64,000 bases of DNA from Candidatus Firestonebacteria bacterium RIFOXYD2_FULL_39_29 (GTDB lineage: Bacteria; Oederibacteriota; D2-FULL-39-29): assembly GCA_001778375.1 (NCBI GenBank), contig MFGV01000074.1:9651-73650 (forward strand), given 5' to 3'. The position numbers and the translations under genes were made by a program. This document shows, in pieces, positions 20,177 through 30,473 of the stretch; position 1 is the first letter of the stretch, and every line of letters begins with the position of its first letter. The notes below the pieces were generated by a model that did no database searches, had not been told where the DNA came from, and was given only the letters and a program-made list of their open reading frames with translations.

Positions 20177-20913
20177 TTACTTTTTTGTTTATCTTCTTTT
20201 TCTCCGGTGTATTATATTCTGCTGATTTGATTGTTTATTGCGGAGCGGGTACACGGCCTCCTATGGAAGAGATCGCAGCAGCTTACACCAAAGAAAATAA
20301 CACAAAGATAAAATATAATTTCGGCGGCTCCGCTCAAATGCTTGCTCAGATAGAATTGTCCGGTAAAGGGGACGTCTTTATTCCCGGAGAAGAGTTATAT
20401 ATTGAGATTGCAAAGAAAAAGAAGCTTATTTCGGGCGAACCGTTAATAATAGCGTATTGGATGCCTGTTATACTTGTGCAAAAAGGTAATCCAAAAAATA
20501 TCAGGAATCTTTCTGATTTAGAGGGAGAAGGTATTAAGCTTGGGGTCGGGGACGAACGCGTATGCGCAATAGGTATTGTAACTAAAAGTGTGCTGGAAAA
20601 AAACAAGCTTTTTGAAAAAATAGAAAAAAATATCATTGTAAAGACCTCAACGGCTAATGAACTCGGAAACGCGGTAAAATTAAAAACAGTGGATGCTGTT
20701 ATCGTGTGGGATTCTATTGCGTATATGTATCCTGATTCCGGCGATGTGGTTGATATACCCGTGAAGGAAAATGAGATAAGCAAAATTCCCGCGGCTGTTC
20801 TTAAAAACTCTTTAAACAAAGAAGAAGCAGAAAAGTTTATAATATTCCTTAAAAGCGAAAAAGGCAGAGAGATTTTTAATAAACATCATTATAAAACGTC
20901 AGCAGTAAAATAA
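20164..20913 (+). CDS. modA: Molybdate-type ABC substrate-binding protein
   Basis: Signal peptide, YCGAG, FGGSAQ, KGNPKNI, AIG, VDAVIVW; start placed at MRKVI. Confidence 0.82.
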   Translation: MRKVITFLFIFFFSGVLYSADLIVYCGAGTRPPMEEIAAAYTKENNTKIKYNFGGSAQMLAQIELSGKGDVFIPGEELYIEIAKKKKLISGEPLIIAYWMPVILVQKGNPKNIRNLSDLEGEGIKLGVGDERVCAIGIVTKSVLEKNKLFEKIEKNIIVKTSTANELGNAVKLKTVDAVIVWDSIAYMYPDSGDVVDIPVKENEISKIPAAVLKNSLNKEEAEKFIIFLKSEKGREIFNKHHYKTSAVK

Positions 20914-21028
20914 TTAAAAGAATATCATCGCAGGCAAAACAAAGACGGTCTAAAAATCATACCGGTGTTTGGAATTTCACTTCTTATTGAATTATGACGT
21001 TATGTCAAAGAAAACCCCGAGCATCCTG

Positions 21029-21087
21029 TCCGTCAGAGTTTCTGCCGAGATCTCGCCCTTAGCGGATCCGCCAATCATTTAGGCGGA
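21029..21087. repeat. Two tandem hairpin micro-insertions (38 bp + 21 bp)
   Basis: TCCGTCAG..CTGCCG-AGATCT-CGCC..AGCGGA followed by TCCGCC..GGCGGA. Confidence 0.7.
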
Positions 21088-21089
21088 GA

Positions 21090-21338
21090 AGCTCGGAGAG
21101 GTTCATAATAAAGTTGTGTATAGCTGGTCTCATTTAAAAACACTGCACGCGATTGGCGGGGGAATTGCCGCTCTTCTTCTTATCGGTACACCAGCTTGGA
21201 TTTTTATCTACAAAAGGCAAGGACTCTTTAAGACCCTGGCACAGAATATTTGGCCGGATAACGGCAGTTCTTGCCCTATTAGTTCTTTTAACAGGAATTA
21301 TCAAGCTTTTAGAATCCCTGGGAATAATGAAGGATTAG
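21090..21338 (+). pseudogene. Frameshifted small membrane protein with paired His (cytochrome b561-like)
   Basis: One frame gives LKTLHAIGGGIAALLLIG and the next gives QLGFLSTKGKDSLRPWHRIFGRITAVLALLVLLTG; shift near 21190; upstream part disrupted. Confidence 0.5.
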
Positions 21339-21517
21339 GTTTTGCCGGAAAAATAAAACATGAAAATACCTTGAAAAACAATGCTATTTATGAGGAATTG
21401 TAAATAATCGTATTAGATAATCGTTTGAAAAGATATTTTGGAACATTTTTTGACTTGAAATTGTCTTTAAATTTGGTAAAATACTTTTGCAAAATATAAA
21501 TGTTTGGGTGCAAAATT

Positions 21518-22450
21518 ATGATAGAAGTAAAAGATTTATCAAAAAAATACGATAAGCTCCTTGCAGTAGATAATATTTCATTTAGTATAACAAAAAGTGA
21601 AATAGTCGGATTTCTGGGTCCTAATGGAGCCGGGAAAACAACTACTTTAAAGATTGTTACCTGCTACATTCCGCCGACTTCAGGCAGTATTAAAGTGGCC
21701 GGATTTGATATTTTCGAAAATTCTCTAGAAGTAAGAAAAAATATAGGTTACCTGCCTGAATCAAATTCTCTGTATTACGAGATGGGTGTAGTCGAATATC
21801 TGGAATTTATTGCAAATTTACGTCATATAGAAAAAAATAAAGTTAAATCACGGATAAAAGAAGTAGCAGAAGTCTGCGGTCTTGTTGATGTAATAAAAAA
21901 AGATATAGGAGAACTTTCTAAAGGCTACAAACAAAGAGTTGGGATAGCGCAGGCTATTATTCATGACCCTCCTATTCTCATTCTGGATGAGCCTACCTCA
22001 GGACTTGATCCTAACCAAATAGTACAAATAAGGGAGCTTATTAAAAAACTGGGCAGGGAAAAGACAGTTGTTTTAAGTACCCATATTCTGTCGGAAGTCC
22101 AGGCAACATGTGACAGGGCAATTATAATAAATAAGGGAAAAATAGTTGCTGACGGAAAAACTGACGAACTGCACGGGATGATAGAAGGTAAGGATAAAGT
22201 GTACATTAAATTAAAAGGCCCGGAAGAAAAAGTGGTGAAATTGTTAAAAGCAGTCCCAAATGTGGAAGGCGTTGAGGTTCAAGATAAAGAAGGTCCGGCA
22301 AGAGGTTACCAGTTACAGATCTCTAAAGGTGTTGATATGAGGGAGGAATTGTATAATTTTTCAGTTACAAATAAATGGCCTCTTTTAGAATTAAAAAGAG
22401 AGGTGGTAAGTCTCGAAGATGTATTTAGGGAATTAACGGCAGGGGAGTAA
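21518..22450 (+). CDS. ABC-2 ATP-binding protein (GldA-like)
   Basis: GPNGAGKTT, LSKGYKQRVG, LDEPTSGLDPNQI, STHILSEV. Confidence 0.92.
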   Translation: MIEVKDLSKKYDKLLAVDNISFSITKSEIVGFLGPNGAGKTTTLKIVTCYIPPTSGSIKVAGFDIFENSLEVRKNIGYLPESNSLYYEMGVVEYLEFIANLRHIEKNKVKSRIKEVAEVCGLVDVIKKDIGELSKGYKQRVGIAQAIIHDPPILILDEPTSGLDPNQIVQIRELIKKLGREKTVVLSTHILSEVQATCDRAIIINKGKIVADGKTDELHGMIEGKDKVYIKLKGPEEKVVKLLKAVPNVEGVEVQDKEGPARGYQLQISKGVDMREELYNFSVTNKWPLLELKREVVSLEDVFRELTAGE

Positions 22451-22452
22451 TT

Positions 22453-23175
22453 ATGGGAATTAGCTTTGACAATATAAAAACTATACTGCGCAGGGAACTC
22501 AGAGGGTATTTTAATTCACCTATCGCATACATAGTAGTTGTGATATTTCTGATCATCAACGGCTGGTTCTTTGCGTCCAGCATATTTCTTATAAATGAAG
22601 TTACCTTGGATAATTTTCTGGGTAATATGCCTCTATTATTTATATTCTTCATTCCTGCTATGACGATGGGGCTTTTTTCGGATGAAATAAAAAGCGGAAC
22701 AATAGAAATTCTTGCGACCATGCCTTTAAAAGATGAAGAAATAATAATAGGTAAGTTTCTTTCTGCTTTCAGTTTAATGGCTGTCGCGATCTCGCTTACT
22801 CTAATACATCCTATAACTTTGATGTTCCTTGGTAAGGTTGACATGGGGCAGGTAATTGGTTCATATTCAGGGCTATACCTGCTAAGCGCATCTTTTGTTT
22901 CTGCCGGGGTATTTTGTTCGGCTCTGACGAAAAATCAGATTGTTGCTTTTATAATAAGTTTTATAATATGCTTTGTATCCTTTATGTTTGGCAAAATACT
23001 GAGTTTTGTCCCGGCATTTATCGTCTCATTCATTGAATACTTAAGTATAGATTATCATTTTGGCAATATTTCCAAAGGAATCATAGATTCAAGGGACCTT
23101 ATATATTATTTCAGCGTTATTTTATTCTTCTATTACATGACTGTTTCTGTTTTAGGCAGCAGGAGATGGAAATGA
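22453..23175 (+). CDS. ABC-2 permease (GldF-like)
   Basis: RELRGYFNSPIAY, E.KSGT.E.L.T.P, T.NQIVA, GIIDSRD. Confidence 0.9.
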   Translation: MGISFDNIKTILRRELRGYFNSPIAYIVVVIFLIINGWFFASSIFLINEVTLDNFLGNMPLLFIFFIPAMTMGLFSDEIKSGTIEILATMPLKDEEIIIGKFLSAFSLMAVAISLTLIHPITLMFLGKVDMGQVIGSYSGLYLLSASFVSAGVFCSALTKNQIVAFIISFIICFVSFMFGKILSFVPAFIVSFIEYLSIDYHFGNISKGIIDSRDLIYYFSVILFFYYMTVSVLGSRRWK

Positions 23176-24809
23176 AGATAGGAAAAATAGAAATTAAAAC
23201 AAGCAAGAAAACGATATTATCTTTGGTTTCACTTCCGATACTGCTCGGTATTATTATCGTAATTAATTATCTCTCCTATCATATATTTTGCCGGCTGGAT
23301 CTTACGCAGGGCGGTATATATTCTTTGTCCAAAGCAAGCAAGGATCTTGTGAGAAAGCTCGACGATAGAATTATAATAAAGGCATATTTTAATAAAAATC
23401 TGCCGGCCCCGTATAACAGCAACAGAAAATATTTTGAGGATCTTCTCGCGGAATATAAGACATATTCAAAAGGCAAGATTAGTTATGAATTTATAGATCC
23501 TGCGGGGGATGAAAAGCTTCAACAGGAAGCGCGTTCCGGGGGCATTGCGCCTGTGAATATCACCCAGGTAAAGAACGACAAGTATGAACAGGAAATAAGC
23601 TATATGGGGGCGATGTTTTTGTACGGGGACAAAAAAGAGATACTGCCTTTTGTCAAACAAACAGTCGGCCTTGAATACGATGTTACAAGCCGTATAAAAA
23701 AACTTACCCAGGAAGTCAGGAAAAAAGTCGGATTTCTTGCCGGGCATAAAGAGCCGGATCCCTTTACTGATCTTGGCGGGGTATATGAAAGACTAAGCGA
23801 ACAATATGAACTCCGGACTGTATCGGTTAAGGATGGAACAGCGGTTCCCGAGGATCTGGACGCTCTGGTCGTACTTTCACCGGAGGAAAAGATCAGTGAA
23901 AGGGAAAAATATGAGGTGGATCAATTTATCATGAAAGGTAAACCTGTGGCCTTTCTGATAGACAGTGTAAATGTGAATTTGACCAATTTTATGGGCAACA
24001 AGATAGAACATAACCTTAATAATCTGTTGTCAAATTATGGTGTTGAAATAACGCCGGGGCTGGTATTAGACCGTCAGTGCCAGCGTATTTCCGTGCAACA
24101 GCGGCAAGGTTTCTTCACTATACAGAATATTATTGAGTACCCGCTTCTGCCTGTTGCCACGGTTTTTCGCAAAGAAAATCCTATTGTAAGGGAATTGGAA
24201 AAAGTATCTCTTCCTTTTGCAAGTCCGCTCATACTTAAAGATGTTCCTGACGGCAAAATAAAACCCGAGTGGCTTATAAAATCATCGGAGAATAGTTGGC
24301 AAAAAGATGATGTATATTTTCTTAGCCCCCTGCAAAATTTTCCAACACAGAATCTTACAAAGAAAGGTCCTTATATTCTCGCGGCTACAGTTACCGGAAA
24401 GTTCAAGAGTTTCTATTCCGATAAGGAGGTTCCTGCTGTTGAGAGCGCGGATAAAACAAAAAAAGATAAAAAAGACGAGAAAAAAAGCGAGACTATAAAG
24501 GAAAGCCCGGATAATCGCATTATAATAGTCGGGAACGGAAGAATAATGAGAGGTGATTTTTTAAAAGATCCTATGTCCGGTACTTTCTTTTTTAACATTG
24601 TTGACTGGCTGGCTCAGGATACCGGGCTTATATCAATACGTTCAAAAGGGATAGAATACAGACCGTTGAAAGAAACGAGTAAAGAAACCAGGAATATTAT
24701 TAAATGGCTGAACGTATTGCTTGTTCCTGCCGGGTTTATTGTATATGGAATAATTCGCTGGAGAATAAGAAAAATAAAAAGGAAAGGGTTGACTTTAAAT
24801 GAATATTAA
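23166..24809 (+). CDS. GldG-family ABC auxiliary protein
   Basis: RLDLT...YSLS..S, EY.VT..I, GFLAGH.E, N.VDWL and a C-terminal TM. Confidence 0.88.
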   Translation: MEMKIGKIEIKTSKKTILSLVSLPILLGIIIVINYLSYHIFCRLDLTQGGIYSLSKASKDLVRKLDDRIIIKAYFNKNLPAPYNSNRKYFEDLLAEYKTYSKGKISYEFIDPAGDEKLQQEARSGGIAPVNITQVKNDKYEQEISYMGAMFLYGDKKEILPFVKQTVGLEYDVTSRIKKLTQEVRKKVGFLAGHKEPDPFTDLGGVYERLSEQYELRTVSVKDGTAVPEDLDALVVLSPEEKISEREKYEVDQFIMKGKPVAFLIDSVNVNLTNFMGNKIEHNLNNLLSNYGVEITPGLVLDRQCQRISVQQRQGFFTIQNIIEYPLLPVATVFRKENPIVRELEKVSLPFASPLILKDVPDGKIKPEWLIKSSENSWQKDDVYFLSPLQNFPTQNLTKKGPYILAATVTGKFKSFYSDKEVPAVESADKTKKDKKDEKKSETIKESPDNRIIIVGNGRIMRGDFLKDPMSGTFFFNIVDWLAQDTGLISIRSKGIEYRPLKETSKETRNIIKWLNVLLVPAGFIVYGIIRWRIRKIKRKGLTLNEY

Positions 24810-25803
24810 AAAAATATTTATCCTGCTGCTCGTTTTTACGGCGCTTATAGGGCTAAGCTTTATTTATACAAAAATAAAATATGCTCCTGCAGGTTCGGAA
24901 TATTATAAAGGAATAAAGAAAGAAGATATTAACAAATTTGATATTACAAAGAACAATAAGGATACCTGCACTTTTGAAAAGAAGGATAATAAATGGAGGA
25001 TAACAGCTCCGGTTTTGTACCCTGCAAATAAGATTTATATTGATGAAATTCTGGGTAAAGTTGCCGGTTTAAAAATTGGTGAAGTAATTTCAACAAACAA
25101 AGCAAAACATGAAAGTTTTGAGATTACCGATGAAAAAGGAATTATGCTTACCATTTACAGATCAGGAAAAGCATGTCAACCGGTTATCTTCGGTAAAATG
25201 GCAGGAGACTTTTGCAGTATATATGCAAGATATCCAAAAAAAGATGAGGTATATCTTGCACAGGGTCCTGGCAGTGATGAATTAAGAAGAGAACTTAATG
25301 AATGGAGAGATAAATCTATTTTTTCATTTAGTAAAGACAATGTGGATGAAATAGAAATTGATTTTAAAGGTGAAAAATATGAACTTATCAGGAAAGAGGA
25401 GTGGTATCTGGGCGCGCCTGACAAAAATAATAAAATAACAAATCCGAATGACATTGATACATTTTTAACGGAACTTTCAGGTTTGACTGCCGATGAATTT
25501 GTTGACAAAGAAGAAGAAAAAAAGAATGACAAAAGAACAGGTTTAAACAAGCCCGAGCTTAATGTAAAGATCCACTTTGCGGATGGTAAAGAAGAAATAT
25601 TTAAAGCCGGCAAGAAAGATACTGCGAAAAACCGGTATTATGTTTCCGGAAACCGGGAACCTGCGGTATTTCTTGTGCAGGCAAGTAATGTTGAAAAGCT
25701 CCAAAAGAAAAAATCTGATTTCAAAATAGAAAAAGCGGCCGGCGATAAGAAACCTGCAGAAAATAAAGATATCACACCGGAAATCCGTCCATCGCAAAAA
25801 TAA
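24799..25803 (+). CDS. DUF4340-like membrane-anchored protein
   Basis: N-terminal TM, duplicated W.I..P / GL..P repeats, WRDKSIF; usual partner of GldG-like genes. Confidence 0.75.
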   Translation: MNIKKIFILLLVFTALIGLSFIYTKIKYAPAGSEYYKGIKKEDINKFDITKNNKDTCTFEKKDNKWRITAPVLYPANKIYIDEILGKVAGLKIGEVISTNKAKHESFEITDEKGIMLTIYRSGKACQPVIFGKMAGDFCSIYARYPKKDEVYLAQGPGSDELRRELNEWRDKSIFSFSKDNVDEIEIDFKGEKYELIRKEEWYLGAPDKNNKITNPNDIDTFLTELSGLTADEFVDKEEEKKNDKRTGLNKPELNVKIHFADGKEEIFKAGKKDTAKNRYYVSGNREPAVFLVQASNVEKLQKKKSDFKIEKAAGDKKPAENKDITPEIRPSQK

Positions 25804-25899
25804 TGCTTATAAAACAAAGAGATATCCGTAATATTGCAATACCATAGTAATGCTGGGAGTTCTTGTTGTTTTGTAACTGATTATGGTAAAATATATGCA

Positions 25900-26430
25900 A
25901 TGAAACAAATAATGAAGAAAACGTTTTATACTCTTTCCCTTGTCTTAATCCCTCTTTTTCTCTATTCCGATGTTATCAGAAAGCTTGAAATAGCCGCGGA
26001 TGGTGCGGTAAAGGCGGCTGTATTTTTTGACGGCAAAAAAGAGGTAGCCCGGGAAATATTTAATGACAATCTTGATATAATAAAAAAAACCGGAAAGATC
26101 CCGGACGGAATTGTGAAACAATATTATGAAAGCGGGCAGTTATATGCGGAATATAATTATAAAAATAATTTTCTTGACGGTCTGACCAAGACATATTATG
26201 AGGACGGAAAAATAATGACAGAGGACATTTACAAAAGAGACAGTTTGAACGGATTAAGCAGGCAATACTATCCGTCAGGCGCTCTCAAAGCTGAGGAGAA
26301 TTATAAAAACAACCTCAGGGACAGTATTTGCAGTGTGTTTAATGAAGACGGCAGCATAAAGACTGTTAAAATTTATAAAGACGGGAAAGTTCAGAACGAC
26401 AAAAATCAGATGGCCGAAGTAATAAAATAG
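25900..26430 (+). CDS. Secreted MORN-variant repeat (YwqK-like) protein
   Basis: Repeats of DG..K.YYE.G.L..E.NYK; signal peptide. Confidence 0.8.
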   Translation: MKQIMKKTFYTLSLVLIPLFLYSDVIRKLEIAADGAVKAAVFFDGKKEVAREIFNDNLDIIKKTGKIPDGIVKQYYESGQLYAEYNYKNNFLDGLTKTYYEDGKIMTEDIYKRDSLNGLSRQYYPSGALKAEENYKNNLRDSICSVFNEDGSIKTVKIYKDGKVQNDKNQMAEVIK

Positions 26431-26460
26431 AATACGGGTCTGGGGCTGACGGCTGAAAAA

Positions 26461-27192
26461 ATGCTAAAAAACAGGGTAACAATCATAACCGGAGGTGCTT
26501 CAGGTATTGGCCTGGCGACGGCAGAAAAATTTTTAGCTGCCCAAGCCATTGTTGTTTTAACAGATATCAATGTGAAAAAAGGATGCGCCGCTGCAGCTGG
26601 ACTTGAAAACAAAGGCAGAATATTATTTGTCAGATGTGATGTTGCGTCTGAGACGGATATTAAGAAGCTGGTTTCCATAACGGTAAAGAATTACCGGCGT
26701 ATTGATATTATTATCAACAATGCCGGTATCGGGGACTGGCGCTCTATGGAAAAGCGCCCGATGAAAGTATTTAACCGGATTCTTGCGGTAAACCTTACGG
26801 CCCAATACATGCTTGTTAAATATGCATCCCGTTATATGCCTGCCGGAAGTTCTGTCGTAAATATAAGTTCAACCAGAGCCATTATGTCGGAACCGGGTTC
26901 CGAACCCTACGCAGCCGGCAAAGCCGGAATTATCGGGCTTACACATGCGCTTGCGTCAAGCCTCGCGGAGAGAAGAATACGCGTCAATGCGGTAAGTCCG
27001 GGCTGGATAAATGTCTCCGGCTATACCGAAACGAAAACCGACCGGGCGCAGCATTTTGTAAAACGCGTCGGACGGGGCACAGATATAGCAGAAGCCTGCG
27101 CCTTTCTTGCCGATGAAGAAAAAAGCGGTTTTATTACCGGCCAGAATTTAATAGTCGACGGCGGTATGACCAGAAAGATGATATATCTCTAG
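26461..27192 (+). CDS. Short-chain dehydrogenase/reductase
   Basis: TGGASGIG, NNAG, YAAGK, VNAVSPG, GQNLIVDGG. Confidence 0.95.
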   Translation: MLKNRVTIITGGASGIGLATAEKFLAAQAIVVLTDINVKKGCAAAAGLENKGRILFVRCDVASETDIKKLVSITVKNYRRIDIIINNAGIGDWRSMEKRPMKVFNRILAVNLTAQYMLVKYASRYMPAGSSVVNISSTRAIMSEPGSEPYAAGKAGIIGLTHALASSLAERRIRVNAVSPGWINVSGYTETKTDRAQHFVKRVGRGTDIAEACAFLADEEKSGFITGQNLIVDGGMTRKMIYL

Positions 27193-27195
27193 TGC

Positions 27196-27231
27196 GGGGA
27201 CAGACAACGTGTTTTTATGGTGTCTGTCCCC
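27196..27231. repeat. REP-like 36-bp hairpin (copy 1)
   Basis: GGGGACAGACA-14 nt-TGTCTGTCCCC; second copy at 33271. Confidence 0.7.
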
Positions 27232-27269
27232 AATTAAAAAGAAAAATATTCTAAAAAAAGGGGGACGAT

Positions 27270-27827
27270 ATGGTATATTTCGTAATCGGAATGGTATTGC
27301 TGTGTTGTATAATTTTGCTCAGCATTGTGATCAGGATTTACAATAATCTTATTATGGTTAAGAATAATGTTGATGCCGCCTGGAAAAATATTGATGTTTT
27401 TCTTCTGCAAAGACACGATGAATTGCCCAAGTTAGTAGATGTATGCAAGGGGTATATGAAGCATGAGAGCAGTGTCCTGGAAAACATAGTTAAATTGCGT
27501 TCAAATTATAAGGAATCCGGTACTCCGGAGGAAAAGGCGCGCATTGAAAACGAAATAAGCAGGGCTTTAACCGGGTTGCGTGTTGTATTTGAAAAATATC
27601 CCAACTTAAAAGCGAATGATAATTTTATCAAAATTATGGAGAGGGTAACTGCGCTTGAATCGAAGATCGCGGGCCAGCGAGAGAGTTTTAATGATAAGAC
27701 TAATATTTATAATATTCAAATAGAAAAATTTCCGGATTATATTATTGCCGGGCCGATGAATTATAAAAGGCGTGAATTCCTTGAAGTTCCGGAAGATTTG
27801 AAAGAAGACGTGAAAATCAATATTTAA
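27270..27827 (+). CDS. lemA: LemA family protein
   Basis: YNNL...KN.V..AW.NIDV.L.QRHDE.PKLV, E.YP.LKAN. Confidence 0.92.
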   Translation: MVYFVIGMVLLCCIILLSIVIRIYNNLIMVKNNVDAAWKNIDVFLLQRHDELPKLVDVCKGYMKHESSVLENIVKLRSNYKESGTPEEKARIENEISRALTGLRVVFEKYPNLKANDNFIKIMERVTALESKIAGQRESFNDKTNIYNIQIEKFPDYIIAGPMNYKRREFLEVPEDLKEDVKINI

Positions 27828-27874
27828 GAATGCTATTTATCTTGAAGTATGGGAAAGTATGGAAATAAAGATGA

Positions 27875-27960
27875 GGAGATTTTCGGATTTTAGTTCATTG
27901 GAACAATATCTTGTATCAGTGGAATCCGATAGTTTTGTAATCAGTGAAATCGCTTTTTCA
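27875..27960 (+). repeat. ~90-bp dispersed intergenic repeat, insertion-free copy
   Basis: Near-identical to 34072-34222 minus the two 33-bp units; empty junction AATC|AGTG at 27942/27943. Confidence 0.85.
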
Positions 27961-27995
27961 CTCTGTATAGTTAAGGTATTACTACAGGTGCTCTA

Positions 27996-28673
27996 TTGAA
28001 AAAAATAATATTTTGGACAATGGTAGCTTTTGTTATTGCCGTTTTAATAGTATCCGTGTTGCAAATACTGGGTTTTAATCTCTTGATGGCGGCTGCAGAA
28101 ACAAGAATTACCGGTCTATGGCTGCTTTCAGGGATCTTACTATTAATACTGACGATCGTGGTTCTGGTGTGGGTAATAAGCATTTTTAACAGTCTGATCC
28201 AAGTGCGTAATAACATAATGAAAGCCTGGAAAAATATCGATGTTGTACTGCTTCAGAGACATGATGAACTTTCAAAGTTGGTGGAAGCATTTAAAATATA
28301 TACTGATTATGAGCAGCATGTATTATTGGCAATTACGCAACTCCGCGTTGCCTACCGGCAAAAAAAAGATTCAGCGCAAAAAACAACGGTTGAAAATGAT
28401 CTGAATTTCAAGGCAAATGATCTGTTTGCCGGTTTTGAGAAATATCCGGAACTTAAAGCAAATGAAAATTCCGTGCGTATAATGGATTCTATTTCCAGTC
28501 TTGAATCGATCATTGCCGGTCGAAGGGTGTTTTTCAACGATACCGTAAAGGTGTACAACGCGCAGATTGAAACTTTTCCTTACTTTGTTTTTGCAGGGAT
28601 AATGGGTCTGCGTTCACACCCCTACCTGGATGATTTTGAGACTGCGGAAAAATTCCGGGGGAATTCTAAGTGA
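27996..28673 (+). CDS. lemA: LemA family protein (second paralog, extra N-terminal TM)
   Basis: FNSL...RNN..KAWKNIDV.LLQRHDE, EKYPELKAN. Confidence 0.88.
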   Translation: MKKIIFWTMVAFVIAVLIVSVLQILGFNLLMAAAETRITGLWLLSGILLLILTIVVLVWVISIFNSLIQVRNNIMKAWKNIDVVLLQRHDELSKLVEAFKIYTDYEQHVLLAITQLRVAYRQKKDSAQKTTVENDLNFKANDLFAGFEKYPELKANENSVRIMDSISSLESIIAGRRVFFNDTVKVYNAQIETFPYFVFAGIMGLRSHPYLDDFETAEKFRGNSK

Positions 28674-30442
28674 TAGTACTCATCTCTGCAATTGCCTGTT
28701 TATTGTGCTTTTTGATATTATTTGTAAAGATTGTCAGGGAAATAAACGAATCTGAAATAATAATAAAAGCGATTATAGCCATATTTATACTGACCGTTTT
28801 CTATATCTTCTCCGGTTTTTTGCCTTATATAGCACTGGCGCCCCTGCTGCTTGTTCTTATAGCAGAAATAAAATTAAAACTGCCGTTTCATAAAATATTG
28901 TTTTCCCTTATCAAAGTATCTGTGTACTCTGTCGGTGTACTTGTCCCGTTTTTTGCCGTAACGGTCTTTTTGAAATGCTGGCACGGCAGATTTGACTATT
29001 CTATAAATCATTATATAACATATTCAAAGTTTCCTTCAGAGCTAATCGGGTTATTCGGAATGATATTTGCGGCGACAAAAGGAATACCCTGCATAATAGA
29101 GCTAATAAAGCAATTACGCACTATTCAGAACTTACCCACTTCTGCCATAGGTTCTGCTGCCTCCGGGCTGAATGAATTCAAAGGTATTATCAGGCCTGTG
29201 AATGAAATGCCGTTCAATGATAAAAAGGACTGTTTTCCGTTCTATCTTGAAGACGGGACGGGCAAGCTGCTTGTAGATCCGGAAAATGTAAAGAATTATC
29301 CGGGATTCTGGGATATAGTTTTTAACAGTAATATATCCGGGATACATCGCGGAGGTAAAAATAAATATTTCACACCGGGCACAGAAGCTTATCTGCTTGG
29401 TAATCTCAGAAAAGACGGTATTGCGGAAGATATGGTGATAAAACCCAAAGCGGAAAAACACAAGCGTTCGTTTATAGAGTGGGTTGTGTCGTCTGACCCG
29501 AAAAACGTTGATGATCCTGTATTCTGGCTCAGCACTGCAAAAGAAGAAAGCATAATAAGGCATATACGGTATTCAATATTTCTCAATATACTGCTCCTGT
29601 TACTATGGCTATTTATTTCTTTTGCACTTCAAACGACTGTTATCAGTAACGGTAACGGGAAGCTCTCCTGGAGTTACGACCTTTTCAAGGTGAAGGACCT
29701 CCTTCCTCAGTCGATGCTTGATAAGATATATTCAAAACCCCCTTCGTTAAATGTCCCTGAGAATAATTATAAGACCTGGACTTCTGACAGGGCCGGCACC
29801 CCGCCTATCATACGTCTTAATTTCAATGATAATATAAAGAATCTGGGGACCCTAAAGGTAACACCCGTGGAAAGATACGGTATTATCAAGTACCAGCCCG
29901 GGATAGAGGGTAAAGCGGGGTATTTTGACGGTACATACTATCTGGACCTATTCAGTGAAACTCCGGTCGATTTTGGAGGTTCCTTCACGATTGAGTTCTG
30001 GTTCAAGCCTGACAGGGCAAAAGCGTGGGACGATACTCTCACCAGGTATATCCTTCTTTCAAATTTTACCCCGGACTTTCTTTCGGCAAGCCTTGCTTTT
30101 CAGGGGCCGGTAAACAAAAAAATAGTTTCCCTGGTTACGGGTAACCTGAAGCACGGGACGGCACAGGAAATAAAAGAATGGTATAAGGTCACTGATAACC
30201 TGTATGAAATGAGGTGGTACCATTTCTTCGTATCTTACGACAGAAACAGGGATAAACTGGCATATTACCTGGATGGGAAAGCCTTGTGGCTTTCAGAGGG
30301 CGGGCAGCCGGCATTTAAAATTCCGGAGAGGATAGAAAATCTGAGTATCGGCCAGACGTATTCCTACAGTTCAAAACGCGATAATTTCAGGGGATGGGTG
30401 GACGAATTTTACTTTTATGATTATGCCAGACCGGTTGAGTGA
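28670..30442 (+). CDS. Multi-TM protein with GIDE-like domain and C-terminal LamG/concanavalin-like domain
   Basis: I.N.PTS.I.SAA.G..E.KG and PFYLEDGTG..LVDP (GIDE-like); G..GKA.YFDG, FTIEFWFKP, WYH, F.G.VDE (LamG). Confidence 0.7.
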   Translation: MIVLISAIACLLCFLILFVKIVREINESEIIIKAIIAIFILTVFYIFSGFLPYIALAPLLLVLIAEIKLKLPFHKILFSLIKVSVYSVGVLVPFFAVTVFLKCWHGRFDYSINHYITYSKFPSELIGLFGMIFAATKGIPCIIELIKQLRTIQNLPTSAIGSAASGLNEFKGIIRPVNEMPFNDKKDCFPFYLEDGTGKLLVDPENVKNYPGFWDIVFNSNISGIHRGGKNKYFTPGTEAYLLGNLRKDGIAEDMVIKPKAEKHKRSFIEWVVSSDPKNVDDPVFWLSTAKEESIIRHIRYSIFLNILLLLLWLFISFALQTTVISNGNGKLSWSYDLFKVKDLLPQSMLDKIYSKPPSLNVPENNYKTWTSDRAGTPPIIRLNFNDNIKNLGTLKVTPVERYGIIKYQPGIEGKAGYFDGTYYLDLFSETPVDFGGSFTIEFWFKPDRAKAWDDTLTRYILLSNFTPDFLSASLAFQGPVNKKIVSLVTGNLKHGTAQEIKEWYKVTDNLYEMRWYHFFVSYDRNRDKLAYYLDGKALWLSEGGQPAFKIPERIENLSIGQTYSYSSKRDNFRGWVDEFYFYDYARPVE

Positions 30443-30473
30443 ATGCTTAACAAAATACGGGGAGGAACATTAA

